From: Shigella phage phi25-307
Strand: one strand, 5' to 3'
DNA: 64,000 bases
Sequence record: MG589383
The notes beneath the pieces are model-generated. The model did no database searches, had not been told where the DNA came from, and was given only the letters and a program-made list of their open reading frames with translations. Positions 1 to 10,537 of the stretch are shown piece after piece. Numbering within the stretch: position 1 is the stretch's first letter; each line of letters opens with the position of its first letter. Made by a program: the position numbers and the translations under genes.

Positions 1-1
1 A

Positions 2-415
2 TTATTGCCCCGCTTCAAATTCTCGCATATCCTGGATATGTTTAAGTGCAAAACTACGAGACTTGACTGCGTCAAGTGCACCACTACAGAACTCAAGTAA
101 AATTCCCCAGTATTGTAAAGTAGTCTCTATTTTAAGCACATCTTTATCTGCAGCCAGGACAGTTTTCATTTCAGATTTCTCGTATCGGTCCATACTGAAT
201 TCATCACCGTCACCTCGTCCCGAGTAGTAGTCTAATCTTGCTTTTAGAGCAGTTTTCTTCTGAGTCTCTATACGCAACATTTCTTTACGAATAAATGAGT
301 GCTTACGTAGCCATTTGCTGTATAACTTAACATTATTCGCTGTCTCATATTGCAACTTTGTCATATCAATAGCTAAGTCTGCGTCTAACTCTTCCTGTAA
401 ATCTTCCAGCTTCAT
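2..415 (-). CDS. uvsY: recombination mediator UvsY (137 aa; start taken at internal ATG 415 = MKLEDLQEEL)
   Basis: Near full-length similarity to T4 UvsY (LKARLDYYSGRGDGDEFSMDRYEKSEMKTV, HIQDM.EFEAG); stop TAA at 2-4; ORF-track N-extension rejected. Confidence 0.9.
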   Translation of the reverse strand: MKLEDLQEELDADLAIDMTKLQYETANNVKLYSKWLRKHSFIRKEMLRIETQKKTALKARLDYYSGRGDGDEFSMDRYEKSEMKTVLAADKDVLKIETTLQYWGILLEFCSGALDAVKSRSFALKHIQDMREFEAGQ

Positions 416-495
416 AATGTTCTCTCTTTTAACTAATAATCTCCCGGCTGTATCGGAAGGACCTAAAACCATTATACATAGGTTGCCTTGAAGCA

Positions 496-894
496 TTACA
501 CTCTATTGCTTGACGCTAACTGAAGTTTAATTTGTTCAATATCGTCAGGGTTGTCTACGACCGAAAATCTAATCTCTACTATAACCGTATAGTCATCATA
601 TACTGGCGTTACACTTACAGAAAGTTTGTCGATGCGTGGCTCGTAGTTACGAACAGCTGCCTGGATATTACGCTCAATCGTATCGGCTGTAAGTGGTGTC
701 ATGTTCTCGAAAAGTTCGTCGACCAAATCGCATCCAAATTCAGGGTCGAAGGGGCGTGAGCCTTTTCTAGTTGTCACTATGCCAAGAAGACTATTTTTAA
801 TAGAACGAAGTCCTACAGAACGAGCAACGTCCTTGTTCCAATCCATACGCATTTCTGGGTCGATATCTGAATAAAGTTTATTGATATTAGACAT
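496..894 (-). CDS. 25: baseplate wedge subunit gp25 (132 aa)
   Basis: Translation collinear with T4 gp25 (NINKLYSDIDPEM...IEQIKLQLASSNRV), same length. Confidence 0.93.
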   Translation of the reverse strand: MSNINKLYSDIDPEMRMDWNKDVARSVGLRSIKNSLLGIVTTRKGSRPFDPEFGCDLVDELFENMTPLTADTIERNIQAAVRNYEPRIDKLSVSVTPVYDDYTVIVEIRFSVVDNPDDIEQIKLQLASSNRV

Positions 895-1520
895 TATAGT
901 AACTCAAAGAATTCTTTGAGGCCTCGTATTGTGTGAACGTGTGACGCCCCACATTTGGGACATTTAATAGGGGTTGCCAGATAAATTGATGGCGATACTA
1001 AAAGATTTTTAATATTGATCATGTCATCTTCTGTTATAAGGCCGTAAAGGTCGTTTATTTCTGCTTCAGTTAAATCTTCAACAGGGATGGACTCTCCATT
1101 GACAAAAACGGCCTCAATACATGAAGCAATCATTAATGCGATATTTTTATCATCAAATAATTTAGGTTGACGGAACTTAATTTTAATACCACTGAACGAA
1201 TACCAGGGGTCGGCCTGTTCATCTAATTGAGTGTGCAATAAATTCATATAGACTTGAAATGAATGCCCACAGGAACAATTCCAGGTGTGTTCTTGATTCA
1301 CTTCACCTAATGAATGTGCCCACAGATTTACCAACAATAGCTCTGCTTCTTGTTTAGTCAAGTTTTTAGCGTTAGAGCAATTAGTGATAATATTGTTCAC
1401 TGCTGATTCAATAGTACCGGTAGCCCGCGCACCTATGAGTCCTAAATATTCTTTTAAAGTAAAGGCTCTACAATTCACTTCTTTATCGCCTAAACGTACG
1501 GTAAACGTATATTTGTACAT
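894..1520 (-). CDS. 26: baseplate hub subunit gp26 (208 aa)
   Basis: Size and position between 25 and 51 as in T4; late promoter TATAAATA about 20 nt upstream on minus strand. Confidence 0.85.
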   Translation of the reverse strand: MYKYTFTVRLGDKEVNCRAFTLKEYLGLIGARATGTIESAVNNIITNCSNAKNLTKQEAELLLVNLWAHSLGEVNQEHTWNCSCGHSFQVYMNLLHTQLDEQADPWYSFSGIKIKFRQPKLFDDKNIALMIASCIEAVFVNGESIPVEDLTEAEINDLYGLITEDDMINIKNLLVSPSIYLATPIKCPKCGASHVHTIRGLKEFFELL

Positions 1521-1538
1521 GTTAACTCCTTTATTGTG

Positions 1539-1550
1539 TATTTATAAATA
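1539..1550. promoter_or_regulatory. palindromic bidirectional late promoter (TATTTATAAATA) for divergent genes 26 and 51
   Basis: TATAAATA readable on both strands, about 20 nt from each start codon. Confidence 0.6.
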
Positions 1551-1567
1551 ATAGAAAAGGAGTAATT

Positions 1568-2320
1568 ATGGCTAATATAATTCGTTGTAAATTACCGGAT
1601 GGTGTTCATCGTTTTAAGCCGTTCACTGTGGCGGATTATAGAGACTTTTTACTAGTTAGAAATGATATCGAACATCGTTCGCCGCAAGAACAAAAAGAAA
1701 TAATTGCCGATCTGATTGATGATTATTTTGGCGAGTACCCTAAAACATGGCAACCATTTATATTCCTGCAAGTTTTTGCAGGCTCTATAGGCAAAACAAA
1801 AGTTCCCGTTATTTTCACTTGCCCTAAATGCTCTAAAGAAAAAACTGCACCATTTGAGATATATCAAAAAGAACTAGTCGAACCTGAACTTGATGTTGCT
1901 GGTATAAAAATACGTTTTTCTTTCCCTGAAAAGTTTTATGACAATAAGGCATTAATGATAAGTGAAAACATAAAAGAAATATATTATAATGGTGAATGGT
2001 ACCCATGGAATGATTTGACTGAAGAGAACCAAATCCAAGTAATAGAAGCAATAGACATTGACTCACTCGAAAAGGTTATTGCTTCTATGAACCCTATTAA
2101 TTTGACCCTTAGATTAGGTTGTTGTGAACGTCATGTTAAAACATATACTGATATCTTAGAGGTTTTTAAATTGTTAGTTAACCCTGATGAGATTTTTACA
2201 TTCTATCAGATAAACCATTCACTAGTAAAGAGTCAATACACATTGGATTCTATTATGCAAATGATTCCTGTTGAACGTGGTATTGCTTTAACATTAGTAG
2301 AAAAGGACCATAAAAAATGA
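1568..2320 (+). CDS. 51: baseplate hub assembly protein gp51 (250 aa)
   Basis: Position, size (T4 gp51 249 aa), SD AGGAG 7 nt upstream, late promoter upstream. Confidence 0.85.
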   Translation: MANIIRCKLPDGVHRFKPFTVADYRDFLLVRNDIEHRSPQEQKEIIADLIDDYFGEYPKTWQPFIFLQVFAGSIGKTKVPVIFTCPKCSKEKTAPFEIYQKELVEPELDVAGIKIRFSFPEKFYDNKALMISENIKEIYYNGEWYPWNDLTEENQIQVIEAIDIDSLEKVIASMNPINLTLRLGCCERHVKTYTDILEVFKLLVNPDEIFTFYQINHSLVKSQYTLDSIMQMIPVERGIALTLVEKDHKK

Positions 2321-3489
2321 CAGTATTCCAACGTCCAGGATATCCTAACTTAAGCGTTAAATTATATCAAGATTATTCGGCTTGGCAAGAAAATAGATAT
2401 GTTGAACTCGCAGCAACAATAACAACTTTAACCATGCGAGATTCGCTATATGGAAGAAATGAAGGGATTCTTCAATTTTATGACACTAAAAACATCCACA
2501 CTAAAATGGATGGTAGACAGATAGTCCAAATCTCTGTTTCAAATTCAAACACACCTCTCCAAGTTAGAACTCGAATTTATGGATGTAGACATTATTCTGT
2601 GTCTGTGGACTCAAAAGGTGACAATATTATTGCAATTGAGCTTGGAACAATACATTCTATAGAGAACCTTAAATTTGGGCGACCATTCTTCTCAGACGCA
2701 GGAGAATCTATACGTGAAATGTTAGGTGTCATATATAAAGACCGTACGTTAATTACTCCGCCAATAAACACTATTAATGCTTATGTTCCTGATATTCCTT
2801 GGACAAGCACATTTGATGATTATTTGGCATATGTCAGAGAATTAGGACTTGCTACAGCGAGTGATAAGTTCGTATTCGTATGGCAAGATATTTTAGGCGT
2901 AAACATGATTGACTATGATACTCTTATTGGTCAGGAAGGCATTAAGATGGTTGTAGGTGAGCCAAATACTGTAGGTCAGTATATTCAAGAGCTTGAGTAT
3001 CCATTAGTATGGGATTTCACCTGGATGACTAAAGCTAACCAATTTACAAGAGACCCTATTAAAAACGCCACGATATTCGCTCATTCATTTTTAGATACAT
3101 CTATTCCGGTTATTGTTACAGGCGATGGTGATAATGCTATTCTTGTGTCAAGATCAGGTGGATATTCCGAAATGACCTATCGTAATGGATTTGAAGAAGC
3201 AAGTCGTCTTCAGACAATGGCTCAATACGACGGATATGCTAAATGCACTACTACAGGTAATTTTAACATAACGCCTGCTACTAAAATTATATTTGTTGAC
3301 CAAAAGAACCAATTCAAATCCGAATTTTACGTAGATGAAGTTATTCATGAGTTATCAAATAACAACTCGCAAACTCATCTGTACATGTTTACCAACTCAA
3401 TGGTGTTAGAACCTGTTAACCCAGTTAAGGTTAAAAATGAACTTAAATCTGATTCTACCTCTAAAGAAAATAATTCTACCACAGTCTAA
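2317..3489 (+). CDS. 27: baseplate hub subunit gp27 (390 aa)
   Basis: Size and synteny (T4 gp27 391 aa); ATGA start/stop overlap with gene 51. Confidence 0.88.
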   Translation: MTVFQRPGYPNLSVKLYQDYSAWQENRYVELAATITTLTMRDSLYGRNEGILQFYDTKNIHTKMDGRQIVQISVSNSNTPLQVRTRIYGCRHYSVSVDSKGDNIIAIELGTIHSIENLKFGRPFFSDAGESIREMLGVIYKDRTLITPPINTINAYVPDIPWTSTFDDYLAYVRELGLATASDKFVFVWQDILGVNMIDYDTLIGQEGIKMVVGEPNTVGQYIQELEYPLVWDFTWMTKANQFTRDPIKNATIFAHSFLDTSIPVIVTGDGDNAILVSRSGGYSEMTYRNGFEEASRLQTMAQYDGYAKCTTTGNFNITPATKIIFVDQKNQFKSEFYVDEVIHELSNNNSQTHLYMFTNSMVLEPVNPVKVKNELKSDSTSKENNSTTV

Positions 3490-3970
3490 TAAAAAGGTAA
3501 TGATTCCCAAATTAGGGCTCAAACATTATAATCTTTTAAAGGACGTTAAAGGCCCTGATGAAAACATGAAAATCTTAGCAGATTCTATTTGTAAAAATAT
3601 GAGTCCAGCAGATTTTGATTTTGCATGTCTACACATATTGGAATTTAATAACAAACTTAAGTCTGAAGTTGAAAAAGATGGATTCACTTATAAACTAGAT
3701 GACGTCTATGTATGCCAACGAACAGAATTCCAATTTCAAGGTAATACTTTTTATTTTAGACCCCCGGGCAAATTTGAACAATTCGCTACAATCAGTGAAA
3801 TGCTATCAAATTGCTTAATAAAAGTTAATGACGAAGAGAAAGAAATTTCTTTCCTTGAGATGCCTGCTTTTGTAATCAAATGGGCAGAAGACCTTTCGAC
3901 AACTATTGCTATTCCAGGCCCTAATGGCCCTATTAAGGGTATAGCAGAAATTATTGGATTGCTTGAATGA
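3437..3970 (+). CDS. 28: baseplate hub distal subunit gp28 (177 aa)
   Basis: Size identical to T4 gp28, synteny; overlaps 3-prime end of gene 27. Confidence 0.82.
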   Translation: MNLNLILPLKKIILPQSNKKVMIPKLGLKHYNLLKDVKGPDENMKILADSICKNMSPADFDFACLHILEFNNKLKSEVEKDGFTYKLDDVYVCQRTEFQFQGNTFYFRPPGKFEQFATISEMLSNCLIKVNDEEKEISFLEMPAFVIKWAEDLSTTIAIPGPNGPIKGIAEIIGLLE

Positions 3971-5739
3971 AACCTGAAGAAATGAAATCCATGCGTAGAA
4001 ATAAGGTCATTGCCGATAATAAACCACAAAAAGTAGCTGCAACAGCAGCTACTGATTCATTAGAAGCATTGAATGATATTTCATCAAAACTAGACGATGT
4101 CCAAGCCGCGTCTGAACTCACATCACAAAGTGTAGAAGATAAAGGCAATGGAATTATTGAATCAATTGGAGACTTAAAGAATTCGACAGATAATACTGCT
4201 GAAGGCACAGAGCTTATCGCAGAAGTTATTGAAAAACAAACTGAAGTCACTAAAAGTATAAACGAAGTTTCTAGTGCAATAAGCTCCAAGTTAGACCGAT
4301 TAGCTACATTATTAGAGCAAAAATTACAAACATCTACCGCTATTCAAAATACAGGAGGCACCTCTCTTGAAGTAATTGAGAACGCAATACCTGTTAAAGT
4401 GGTTGAGAATGAAACTTATGATGAGCTGTTTAAAGCATTACCTACACCTGAAAAGATTGATAATAAGCCAGACGAAGATTTCTTCCCAGCCCCGGTTCAA
4501 GAAAGTGCTAATTCTACTTCTGATTCTAAAGGCGGGATTAGCTTTAAATTGAGCGATAAAATTGCAATGCTCACCAAAACAGTTCAAGCCGGGTTTAATA
4601 AATCAATATCAATTTCTGACAGAATTGCTGGAATGCTTTTCAAATACACTATAACGGCTGCTATTGAAGCAGCAAAAATGGCCGCACTTATTCTTGGTAT
4701 TGTTATCGGTATTGATTTATTGATAGTCCATTTCAAATATTGGACAGACAAGTTCACTTCTGCCTGGGATTTATTTGATGAAAACTTTACTAAATTCTCC
4801 GATGAAGCTAAAGAGTGGGGTAAATTCTTAAGTGATATATTCACTTCTATTGACTCTATAAAACAATTGTGGGAAGCTGGAGACTGGGGTGGTTTAACCG
4901 TTGCTATTGTCAAAGGTGTAGGAACAGCATTAATGAACTTAGGTGAACTAATTCAATTAGGAATGGCTAAACTCTCCGCGTCTATATTGCGTGCTATAGG
5001 TTTTGGTGATACCGCAGACGAAATAGAAGGACGTGCTTTGGAAGGATTCCAAGAAACTACTGGGAACACATTAAAGAAAGAAGACCAAGAGAAAGTCGCT
5101 AAATATCAAATGAAGCGTGACGATGGGGAATTAGGAACCGTTTCTAAAGGTCTTGATATGTTACAACGCGGCAAAACATTCGTTACTAACTGGGTTCGTG
5201 GTAATGACAATAAAGAAGAGTTTAGTACAAGCGATGAGCGTGCTGCGGAATCGGCAAAATTAAAAGAGTTACCTGAAGAGGAGCGTAAAGAGGCGTATAT
5301 AAAAGCTAATGAAACTCGTGCGGCACTAGTTAGATTTGAGGATTATATCGATAAAATCGATATGACTAATCCAGAAAATGCTAAAAACGTCGAGAAGTCT
5401 TATGCTGATTTAAGTAAACTTATTAAAGACCCTGAACTTAATAAAACTCCTGTTGTTAAAAAGGAATTGGATGCTAGATTTGAAAAGCTAAATAATAAAA
5501 TGGCTGAAGCCAAAAAAGCCCAGACAACAGTTAAGCCTGAATCTTCGACTAAATCTCCTGAAGCAAAACAAGTTCAGTCAATAGAGAAAGGACGTGCTTC
5601 TGAATCTAAACAACAGCAACCGGTAGCGGCGATTAGTAACACAAATAATGTCGTCAAAAAGAATACCGTAGTCCAGAATATGACCCCTGTAACAAGTACA
5701 ACGGCTCCTGGAATTTTCCATGCCACCGGTGTTAATTAA
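3967..5739 (+). CDS. 29: baseplate hub / tail length determinator gp29 (590 aa)
   Basis: Size identical to T4 gp29, synteny, low-complexity coiled regions typical of a tape-measure-like protein. Confidence 0.88.
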   Translation: MKPEEMKSMRRNKVIADNKPQKVAATAATDSLEALNDISSKLDDVQAASELTSQSVEDKGNGIIESIGDLKNSTDNTAEGTELIAEVIEKQTEVTKSINEVSSAISSKLDRLATLLEQKLQTSTAIQNTGGTSLEVIENAIPVKVVENETYDELFKALPTPEKIDNKPDEDFFPAPVQESANSTSDSKGGISFKLSDKIAMLTKTVQAGFNKSISISDRIAGMLFKYTITAAIEAAKMAALILGIVIGIDLLIVHFKYWTDKFTSAWDLFDENFTKFSDEAKEWGKFLSDIFTSIDSIKQLWEAGDWGGLTVAIVKGVGTALMNLGELIQLGMAKLSASILRAIGFGDTADEIEGRALEGFQETTGNTLKKEDQEKVAKYQMKRDDGELGTVSKGLDMLQRGKTFVTNWVRGNDNKEEFSTSDERAAESAKLKELPEEERKEAYIKANETRAALVRFEDYIDKIDMTNPENAKNVEKSYADLSKLIKDPELNKTPVVKKELDARFEKLNNKMAEAKKAQTTVKPESSTKSPEAKQVQSIEKGRASESKQQQPVAAISNTNNVVKKNTVVQNMTPVTSTTAPGIFHATGVN

Positions 5740-5747
5740 GGATTATC

Positions 5748-6857
5748 ATGATTAGTGTAAAAGAAATAGTAGTAGATGCAAAGGATTTAAATAAAGCAAT
5801 CCCAGTCTCAGAAAGTGCTGGGCAAAGCACTAAAACCGAAACAACTACTAAAACTTATGTTGCTCAATTTCCTACAGGAAGAGCAGCCGGAAATGACTCC
5901 ACAGGAGACTTCCAGGTAACAGACCTTTATAAGAATGGATTATTATTTACCGCGTACAATATGTCTGCACGCGATTCAGGATCCCTCAGGAATTTACGTC
6001 CGGCATACGCCGGCACTTCATCTAATGGTATCATATCAGATTTAACTGATAATGTGAAAGATGCAGTGACTAAATTCTCTAATGGGTTGCTTCCTGCCGG
6101 AGCTAATAAACCTACTATAAATAAAACTCCTGTTGCTAATATACTTTTGCCACGTTCCAAATCTGACGTTGATACAACTTCACATCGTTTTAATGATGTT
6201 GGTGATAGCCTTATTACTAAAGGTGGAGGTACTGCTACGGGTGTTTTAAGTAACATTGCTTCTACTGCAGTTTTTGGTGCATTAGATTCTATTACTCAAG
6301 GGCTTATGGCTGATAATAACGAACAGATTTATACGACTTCTCGTAGTATGTATGGCGGTGCAGAGAACCGTACTAAAGTCTTTACATGGGATTTAACTCC
6401 GCGTTCAACTGAAGACCTTATGGCTATTATAAACATTTACCAGTATTTTAACTATTTCTCATATGGTGAGACCGGTAAATCACAGTACGCCCAAGAGATT
6501 AAAAGTTATTTAGACGAATGGTACCGTTCAACGTTTATTGAGCCTATGACGCCTGATGATGCAGTAAAAAATAAGACATTGTTTGAAAAGATTACTGCGT
6601 CATTAACAAATGTATTAGTTGTAAGCAACCCTACAATTTGGATGGTTAAAAACTTTGGTTATACGTCTAAATTTGATGGATTAACTGACGTATTTGGCCC
6701 ATGTCAAATTCAAAGCGTACGTTTTGATAAAACTCCAAATGGACAATTTAATGGTCTTTCTGTTGCTCCTAACTTACCGTCAACATTTACGTTAGAGATA
6801 ACAATGCGAGAAATTATTACATTAAACCGTTCTTCACTTTATGCGGGGACTTTCTAA
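5748..6857 (+). CDS. 48: baseplate-tail tube junction protein gp48 (369 aa)
   Basis: Size and synteny with T4 gp48. Confidence 0.87.
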   Translation: MISVKEIVVDAKDLNKAIPVSESAGQSTKTETTTKTYVAQFPTGRAAGNDSTGDFQVTDLYKNGLLFTAYNMSARDSGSLRNLRPAYAGTSSNGIISDLTDNVKDAVTKFSNGLLPAGANKPTINKTPVANILLPRSKSDVDTTSHRFNDVGDSLITKGGGTATGVLSNIASTAVFGALDSITQGLMADNNEQIYTTSRSMYGGAENRTKVFTWDLTPRSTEDLMAIINIYQYFNYFSYGETGKSQYAQEIKSYLDEWYRSTFIEPMTPDDAVKNKTLFEKITASLTNVLVVSNPTIWMVKNFGYTSKFDGLTDVFGPCQIQSVRFDKTPNGQFNGLSVAPNLPSTFTLEITMREIITLNRSSLYAGTF

Positions 6858-7819
6858 TGTACTCTTTAGAAGAATTTAATAACCAAGCTATAAATGCAGA
6901 TTTCCAACGAAACAATATGTTTAGTTGTGTATTTGCTACTACACCGTCGACCAAATCGTCTTCACTAATTTCGTCAATTGGTAGTTTTGCTTATAATAAC
7001 TTAGGGTTGGATTCCGATTGGCTAGGATTGACTCAAGGTGATATCAATCAGGGCGTAACAACCCTGATTACAGCAGGAACACAGAAATTAATTCGAAAAT
7101 CAGGTGTAAGTAAATATCTGATTGGAGCAATGAGTCAACGTACGGTACAAAGCTTGTTAGGTGAGTTCACAGTAGGAGCTTATCTGATAGACTTCTTCAA
7201 TATGGCATATAATAATACAGGTTTAATGATTTATTCTGTAAAAATGCCTGAGAACCGATTATCTTATGAAACGGATTTCAACTATAACTCACCGAACATC
7301 CGAATTACCGGCCGTGAAATGGACCCGTTAGTAATAAGCTTTAGAATGGATTCCGAAGCATCTAACTTTAGAGCAATGCAAGACTGGGTAAACTCAGTCC
7401 AAGACCCTGTAACAGGTCTCCGTGCTTTACCACAAGACGTCGAAGCAGATATTCAGGTTAATTTACATGCACGAAATGGTTTACCACATACCGCTGTCAT
7501 GTTCACCGGATGTATTCCTGTTAGTGTCTCTTCTCCTGAGTTAACGTATGACGGTGATAATCAGATAACAGTTTTTGATGTAACATTTGCTTATCGCGTT
7601 ATGCAATCAGGTGCTGTAAATAGACAGGCTGCTTTAGAATGGCTGGAATCAGGACTTATTAGTAGTGTTTCAGGAATGTTTGGAAATAACCAGAATGATT
7701 CTGGTCTAGGAAGTGCAGTATCAAGACTTTCTAGATTAGGTGGGACCGCTGGAGGTGTGTCTAATATAAACACATTGACAGGTGTGGTGAATTCTGCGTC
7801 AAGAGTTTTAGGACTATAA
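6857..7819 (+). CDS. 54: baseplate tail tube initiator gp54 (320 aa)
   Basis: Size identical to T4 gp54, synteny; followed by terminator hairpin. Confidence 0.88.
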   Translation: MYSLEEFNNQAINADFQRNNMFSCVFATTPSTKSSSLISSIGSFAYNNLGLDSDWLGLTQGDINQGVTTLITAGTQKLIRKSGVSKYLIGAMSQRTVQSLLGEFTVGAYLIDFFNMAYNNTGLMIYSVKMPENRLSYETDFNYNSPNIRITGREMDPLVISFRMDSEASNFRAMQDWVNSVQDPVTGLRALPQDVEADIQVNLHARNGLPHTAVMFTGCIPVSVSSPELTYDGDNQITVFDVTFAYRVMQSGAVNRQAALEWLESGLISSVSGMFGNNQNDSGLGSAVSRLSRLGGTAGGVSNINTLTGVVNSASRVLGL

Positions 7820-7827
7820 AGAAAAAA

Positions 7828-7849
7828 GGGAGACGTTGTCTCCCTTTAG
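7828..7849. terminator. bidirectional hairpin terminator between convergent gene 54 and the alt-downstream ORF
   Basis: GGGAGAC-GTTG-TCTCCC followed by TTT; 9 nt after gene 54 stop. Confidence 0.55.
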
Positions 7850-7853
7850 GGGT

Positions 7854-8147
7854 TTATTTACGGAATGAAAGGAATGCTGGTGCTCGGAATGGAGTATCAT
7901 CTTTAGAGTATTTAACTAATACGACCATTGGTACCTCTGTTTCTAAATGACCCGTCACTACACCGACAAAAATTTGATCAGTGTGTTCAGGGTCACGAAA
8001 GTTTTTAAGAGGTTCCATAGCAATATGGAATGCACCTGGGAATACTCGATTCAATTCGTCAATCACAGCTTCGTTAAAAGCATCATCCGCTGGGATAACA
8101 TCTTCAACTACTAGTTCTTGACCATTAAAGCGAAGCATAGATTTCAT
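7854..8147 (-). CDS. hypothetical early protein downstream of alt (98 aa; start at internal ATG 8147)
   Basis: ORF with SD GAGGA 7 nt upstream of ATG 8147; early promoter (-35 GTTTAC / -10 TACTAT) at 8177-8206; ORF-track N-extension overlapping alt rejected. Confidence 0.5.
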   Translation of the reverse strand: MKSMLRFNGQELVVEDVIPADDAFNEAVIDELNRVFPGAFHIAMEPLKNFRDPEHTDQIFVGVVTGHLETEVPMVVLVKYSKDDTPFRAPAFLSFRK

Positions 8148-8176
8148 AACGTTTTCCTCATGTTGTTGATGGGATG

Positions 8177-8206
8177 ATAGTATCACACATCCATGTGTTT
8201 GTAAAC
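8177..8206 (-). promoter_or_regulatory. T4-type early promoter (-35 GTTTAC, 18-nt spacer, -10 TACTAT)
   Basis: Minus-strand GTTTACAAACACATGGATGTGTGATACTAT; leader CAACAACATGAGGAAA precedes ATG 8147. Confidence 0.5.
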
Positions 8207-10293
8207 TATCCTTGGACAAATTTAAACGGAACTGATTCTAAATCCATTAAAGATGCTAACAATTTCAATCCTTTAGGAGCACTAGTTTTTTCTACAAATG
8301 AGGAGAACGATATCGGCTCATCTGATTCGATTTCACCCGTCATAGCAACCACCTCACCTGTTTCCATGAGAACATCACCGTCGTAAATGACAGCTTCGTC
8401 CAACTGGTCCGAGGACATGACTTCAGCTTGAATAAATTTAAGGTTGGATTCTAAACCTGCACCAGTGTCAGATGACGCATCTGTAATTTTATTTATCTGC
8501 AAGAGAATGCCTCTAGGCAAAATAATTTCTTGCTCATTAGGGTGATTACTCAACTGTCCAGGATAAATCACGTTAACTTTATGGGCGCCATCAATAGCCC
8601 ATCCAACGTTAACACGGATTTGGTCTGGTGCATGCATAGCTGTTCTTACTTGACTAGGAGAAATAGTAACACCTTCGTCATTATTGTCAATGTTAAGCTC
8701 TTTGCGAACTTCTTCAGGAGCAAGTCCAAGGGCAACGTTCTCTTTAAACCCACCGAAAATAATAGGAGCTAGTGAAGTGGAAACATAGTTTCTGAAGTAG
8801 AATACCTTATTTTTAACCATTGCTTCGTAAATAGGCATTCTGATAGACTGAGCTCTATATAACGTTAGTCCTTCAGGTAAACGGTCTCCATTTAAAAACG
8901 CTGAATCAAGACCATCAATAGCGCGTTTAACTTCATCTTCATCTGCAACATCGTAAAAATCTGGTTTATAACGACCTAACAGCATATTATTGATATCGGT
9001 ATACGCAGAAGAGGCATATTCACGAATAGCTCGTTTTTCAGCAACAGAGTATTGATTAGGGACCCGATTCATTGTTATATTAAAGGTGCCTCTAGCCGAT
9101 TCTCGTGCATAAGTATACATCACATTAGACAAGAACGCTGATTTACGTTGTTTCCAAGTTTTTTCAGATACTTCAGCTAAAACGTCGTCAGCCAGTTGGA
9201 AATTATCACGTCTAAAATCTTCAAACCATTCGTCTTTAATAGAGTCTGCAATTTCATTTGCAGCTTCAACAAAAGCAGTTAATGCTTTAACAGATGTTGT
9301 TTTTTCAGTTTTAATTTTCTTAGCAAACTTTTCTAAAGTTGGCTTAATAACACTACCATAAGAAACTTCATCAGCAAATCTAAAGGATTCATCAATACGA
9401 TTATAAATCTTATTTTCGATATCAGCAACTAAAGTGCCTTTTGCTGTGGACGATGCTTGGGCTAGTACGATTTCATATGCTTCAGGAAGTAATTCGGCTG
9501 TAGCTGGGCCACTAACTTCTTTAGCAGAATTTTCGTATTTCTGGAATAACTCACCTTCTTGTCGGTCAGCTTCTAAAGATTGACTTGCTGCAATAGCACG
9601 ACGAGAAATTTTAGTACGAGCAATAACAGGCTTATCTTTACGTTTTTCTTCTACAGCAGCAATAGAACCAGCGATAGCCGTTTCTTTGGTGACCTTTTCG
9701 CCAGTCTTTTTACTCACATAAACTTCGCCAACATCAGAATCTACTTTCGTGTACAACTCTGTGTTAATGTTAGGGATGCCTTTAATATCTTCAATGTTGG
9801 CATTTTTGCGAACCATCATCACATAGGTGTGTTTACCTGTGAATTGATACATTGCCGACAATACTTTAAAACGACCACCGGTTTTAGTAGAAACTAAACG
9901 AGCAAGAAGAGTTTGAAGCTGCTGTCCGCGTCCTTTCAATTTCTTGGTAGGGAATCGGAATAGAACTGCATCCATACGAAGAGCTTTAACCTGTTCATAT
10001 ACTGTATTGAAAATGGTGTTGATTGCATCAATAGGAGCAGGACCAAGGCCATTTTTCAATTCAGCGAGATTGCCCTTTTCAGATAGACTCATAATAACAA
10101 CATGAGCGTATTTGTCGCCAAGTTTAACTTGTTTTACAGCATCACCTTCGGAAAGGTAAGAGAATAAGCGAACTACGATGTTTGTATCGATATCACCAAT
10201 TTTCCAGACTTGTGGAACTTTAGCTTTAGGGTTCAAATTGACGACAGGAAGACTGCCTTCAGATTCAAACACTTCATTTAATTGTTCAGACAT
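8206..10293 (-). CDS. alt: ADP-ribosyltransferase Alt (695 aa)
   Basis: Collinear with T4 Alt (ISRRAIA.SQSLE, GITLYR.Q, YEAMVKN.VFYFRNFVSTSL, ILPRG, KFVQG C-terminus). Confidence 0.92.
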   Translation of the reverse strand: MSEQLNEVFESEGSLPVVNLNPKAKVPQVWKIGDIDTNIVVRLFSYLSEGDAVKQVKLGDKYAHVVIMSLSEKGNLAELKNGLGPAPIDAINTIFNTVYEQVKALRMDAVLFRFPTKKLKGRGQQLQTLLARLVSTKTGGRFKVLSAMYQFTGKHTYVMMVRKNANIEDIKGIPNINTELYTKVDSDVGEVYVSKKTGEKVTKETAIAGSIAAVEEKRKDKPVIARTKISRRAIAASQSLEADRQEGELFQKYENSAKEVSGPATAELLPEAYEIVLAQASSTAKGTLVADIENKIYNRIDESFRFADEVSYGSVIKPTLEKFAKKIKTEKTTSVKALTAFVEAANEIADSIKDEWFEDFRRDNFQLADDVLAEVSEKTWKQRKSAFLSNVMYTYARESARGTFNITMNRVPNQYSVAEKRAIREYASSAYTDINNMLLGRYKPDFYDVADEDEVKRAIDGLDSAFLNGDRLPEGLTLYRAQSIRMPIYEAMVKNKVFYFRNYVSTSLAPIIFGGFKENVALGLAPEEVRKELNIDNNDEGVTISPSQVRTAMHAPDQIRVNVGWAIDGAHKVNVIYPGQLSNHPNEQEIILPRGILLQINKITDASSDTGAGLESNLKFIQAEVMSSDQLDEAVIYDGDVLMETGEVVAMTGEIESDEPISFSSFVEKTSAPKGLKLLASLMDLESVPFKFVQG

Positions 10294-10329
10294 AGTGTTT
10301 TCCTTTTAGTAATAATTTATATTTATGCC

Positions 10330-10349
10330 AAAAAGAGCCCGAAGGCTCT
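10330..10349 (-). terminator. rho-independent terminator (stem AGAGCC/GGCTCT, UUCG loop, U-tract)
   Basis: Minus-strand AAGAGCC-TTCG-GGCTCTT-TTTGG immediately after ORF 10349-10537. Confidence 0.55.
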
Positions 10350-10537
10350 TAATCCACAATCGGGAGCAAAGTACGATAAACTTCAAAATTAGGGCCTTTT
10401 TCGTACCCATTAACGTTATCTACGAAAACCCGATACGAATTTTCATTAGGAAAATCTAATATAATCTGAGAGCAAGAGGTGGAAACATCTCCACCATCCT
10501 TCTTAGCTACAATAACTGTTTCTAAATAAGCTTTCAT
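10349..10537 (-). CDS. hypothetical small protein (62 aa), translationally coupled to ligase (TAATG overlap)
   Basis: ORF between ligase and alt; start ATG 10537 overlaps ligase stop; terminator hairpin at its 3-prime end. Confidence 0.45.
   Translation of the reverse strand: MKAYLETVIVAKKDGGDVSTSCSQIILDFPNENSYRVFVDNVNGYEKGPNFEVYRTLLPIVD

Noticed and set aside
416-496. N-terminal extensions in the ORF track (uvsY to 496, alc to 22661, frd to 29696, dsbA to 33552, denB-like to 51168, and others)
   Set aside because: The internal ATGs align with the T4 protein N-termini and have Shine-Dalgarno sequences; the extensions overlap upstream genes and were trimmed.
532-759. Antisense or alternative-frame ORFs inside well-supported genes (for example 532-759 +, 1652-1867 -, 4584-4913 -, 35899-36108 +, 39881-40129 +, 53245-53481 +)
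   Set aside because: They are fully embedded in genes with strong homology on the other strand or frame; low-complexity translations; no SD or promoter context.
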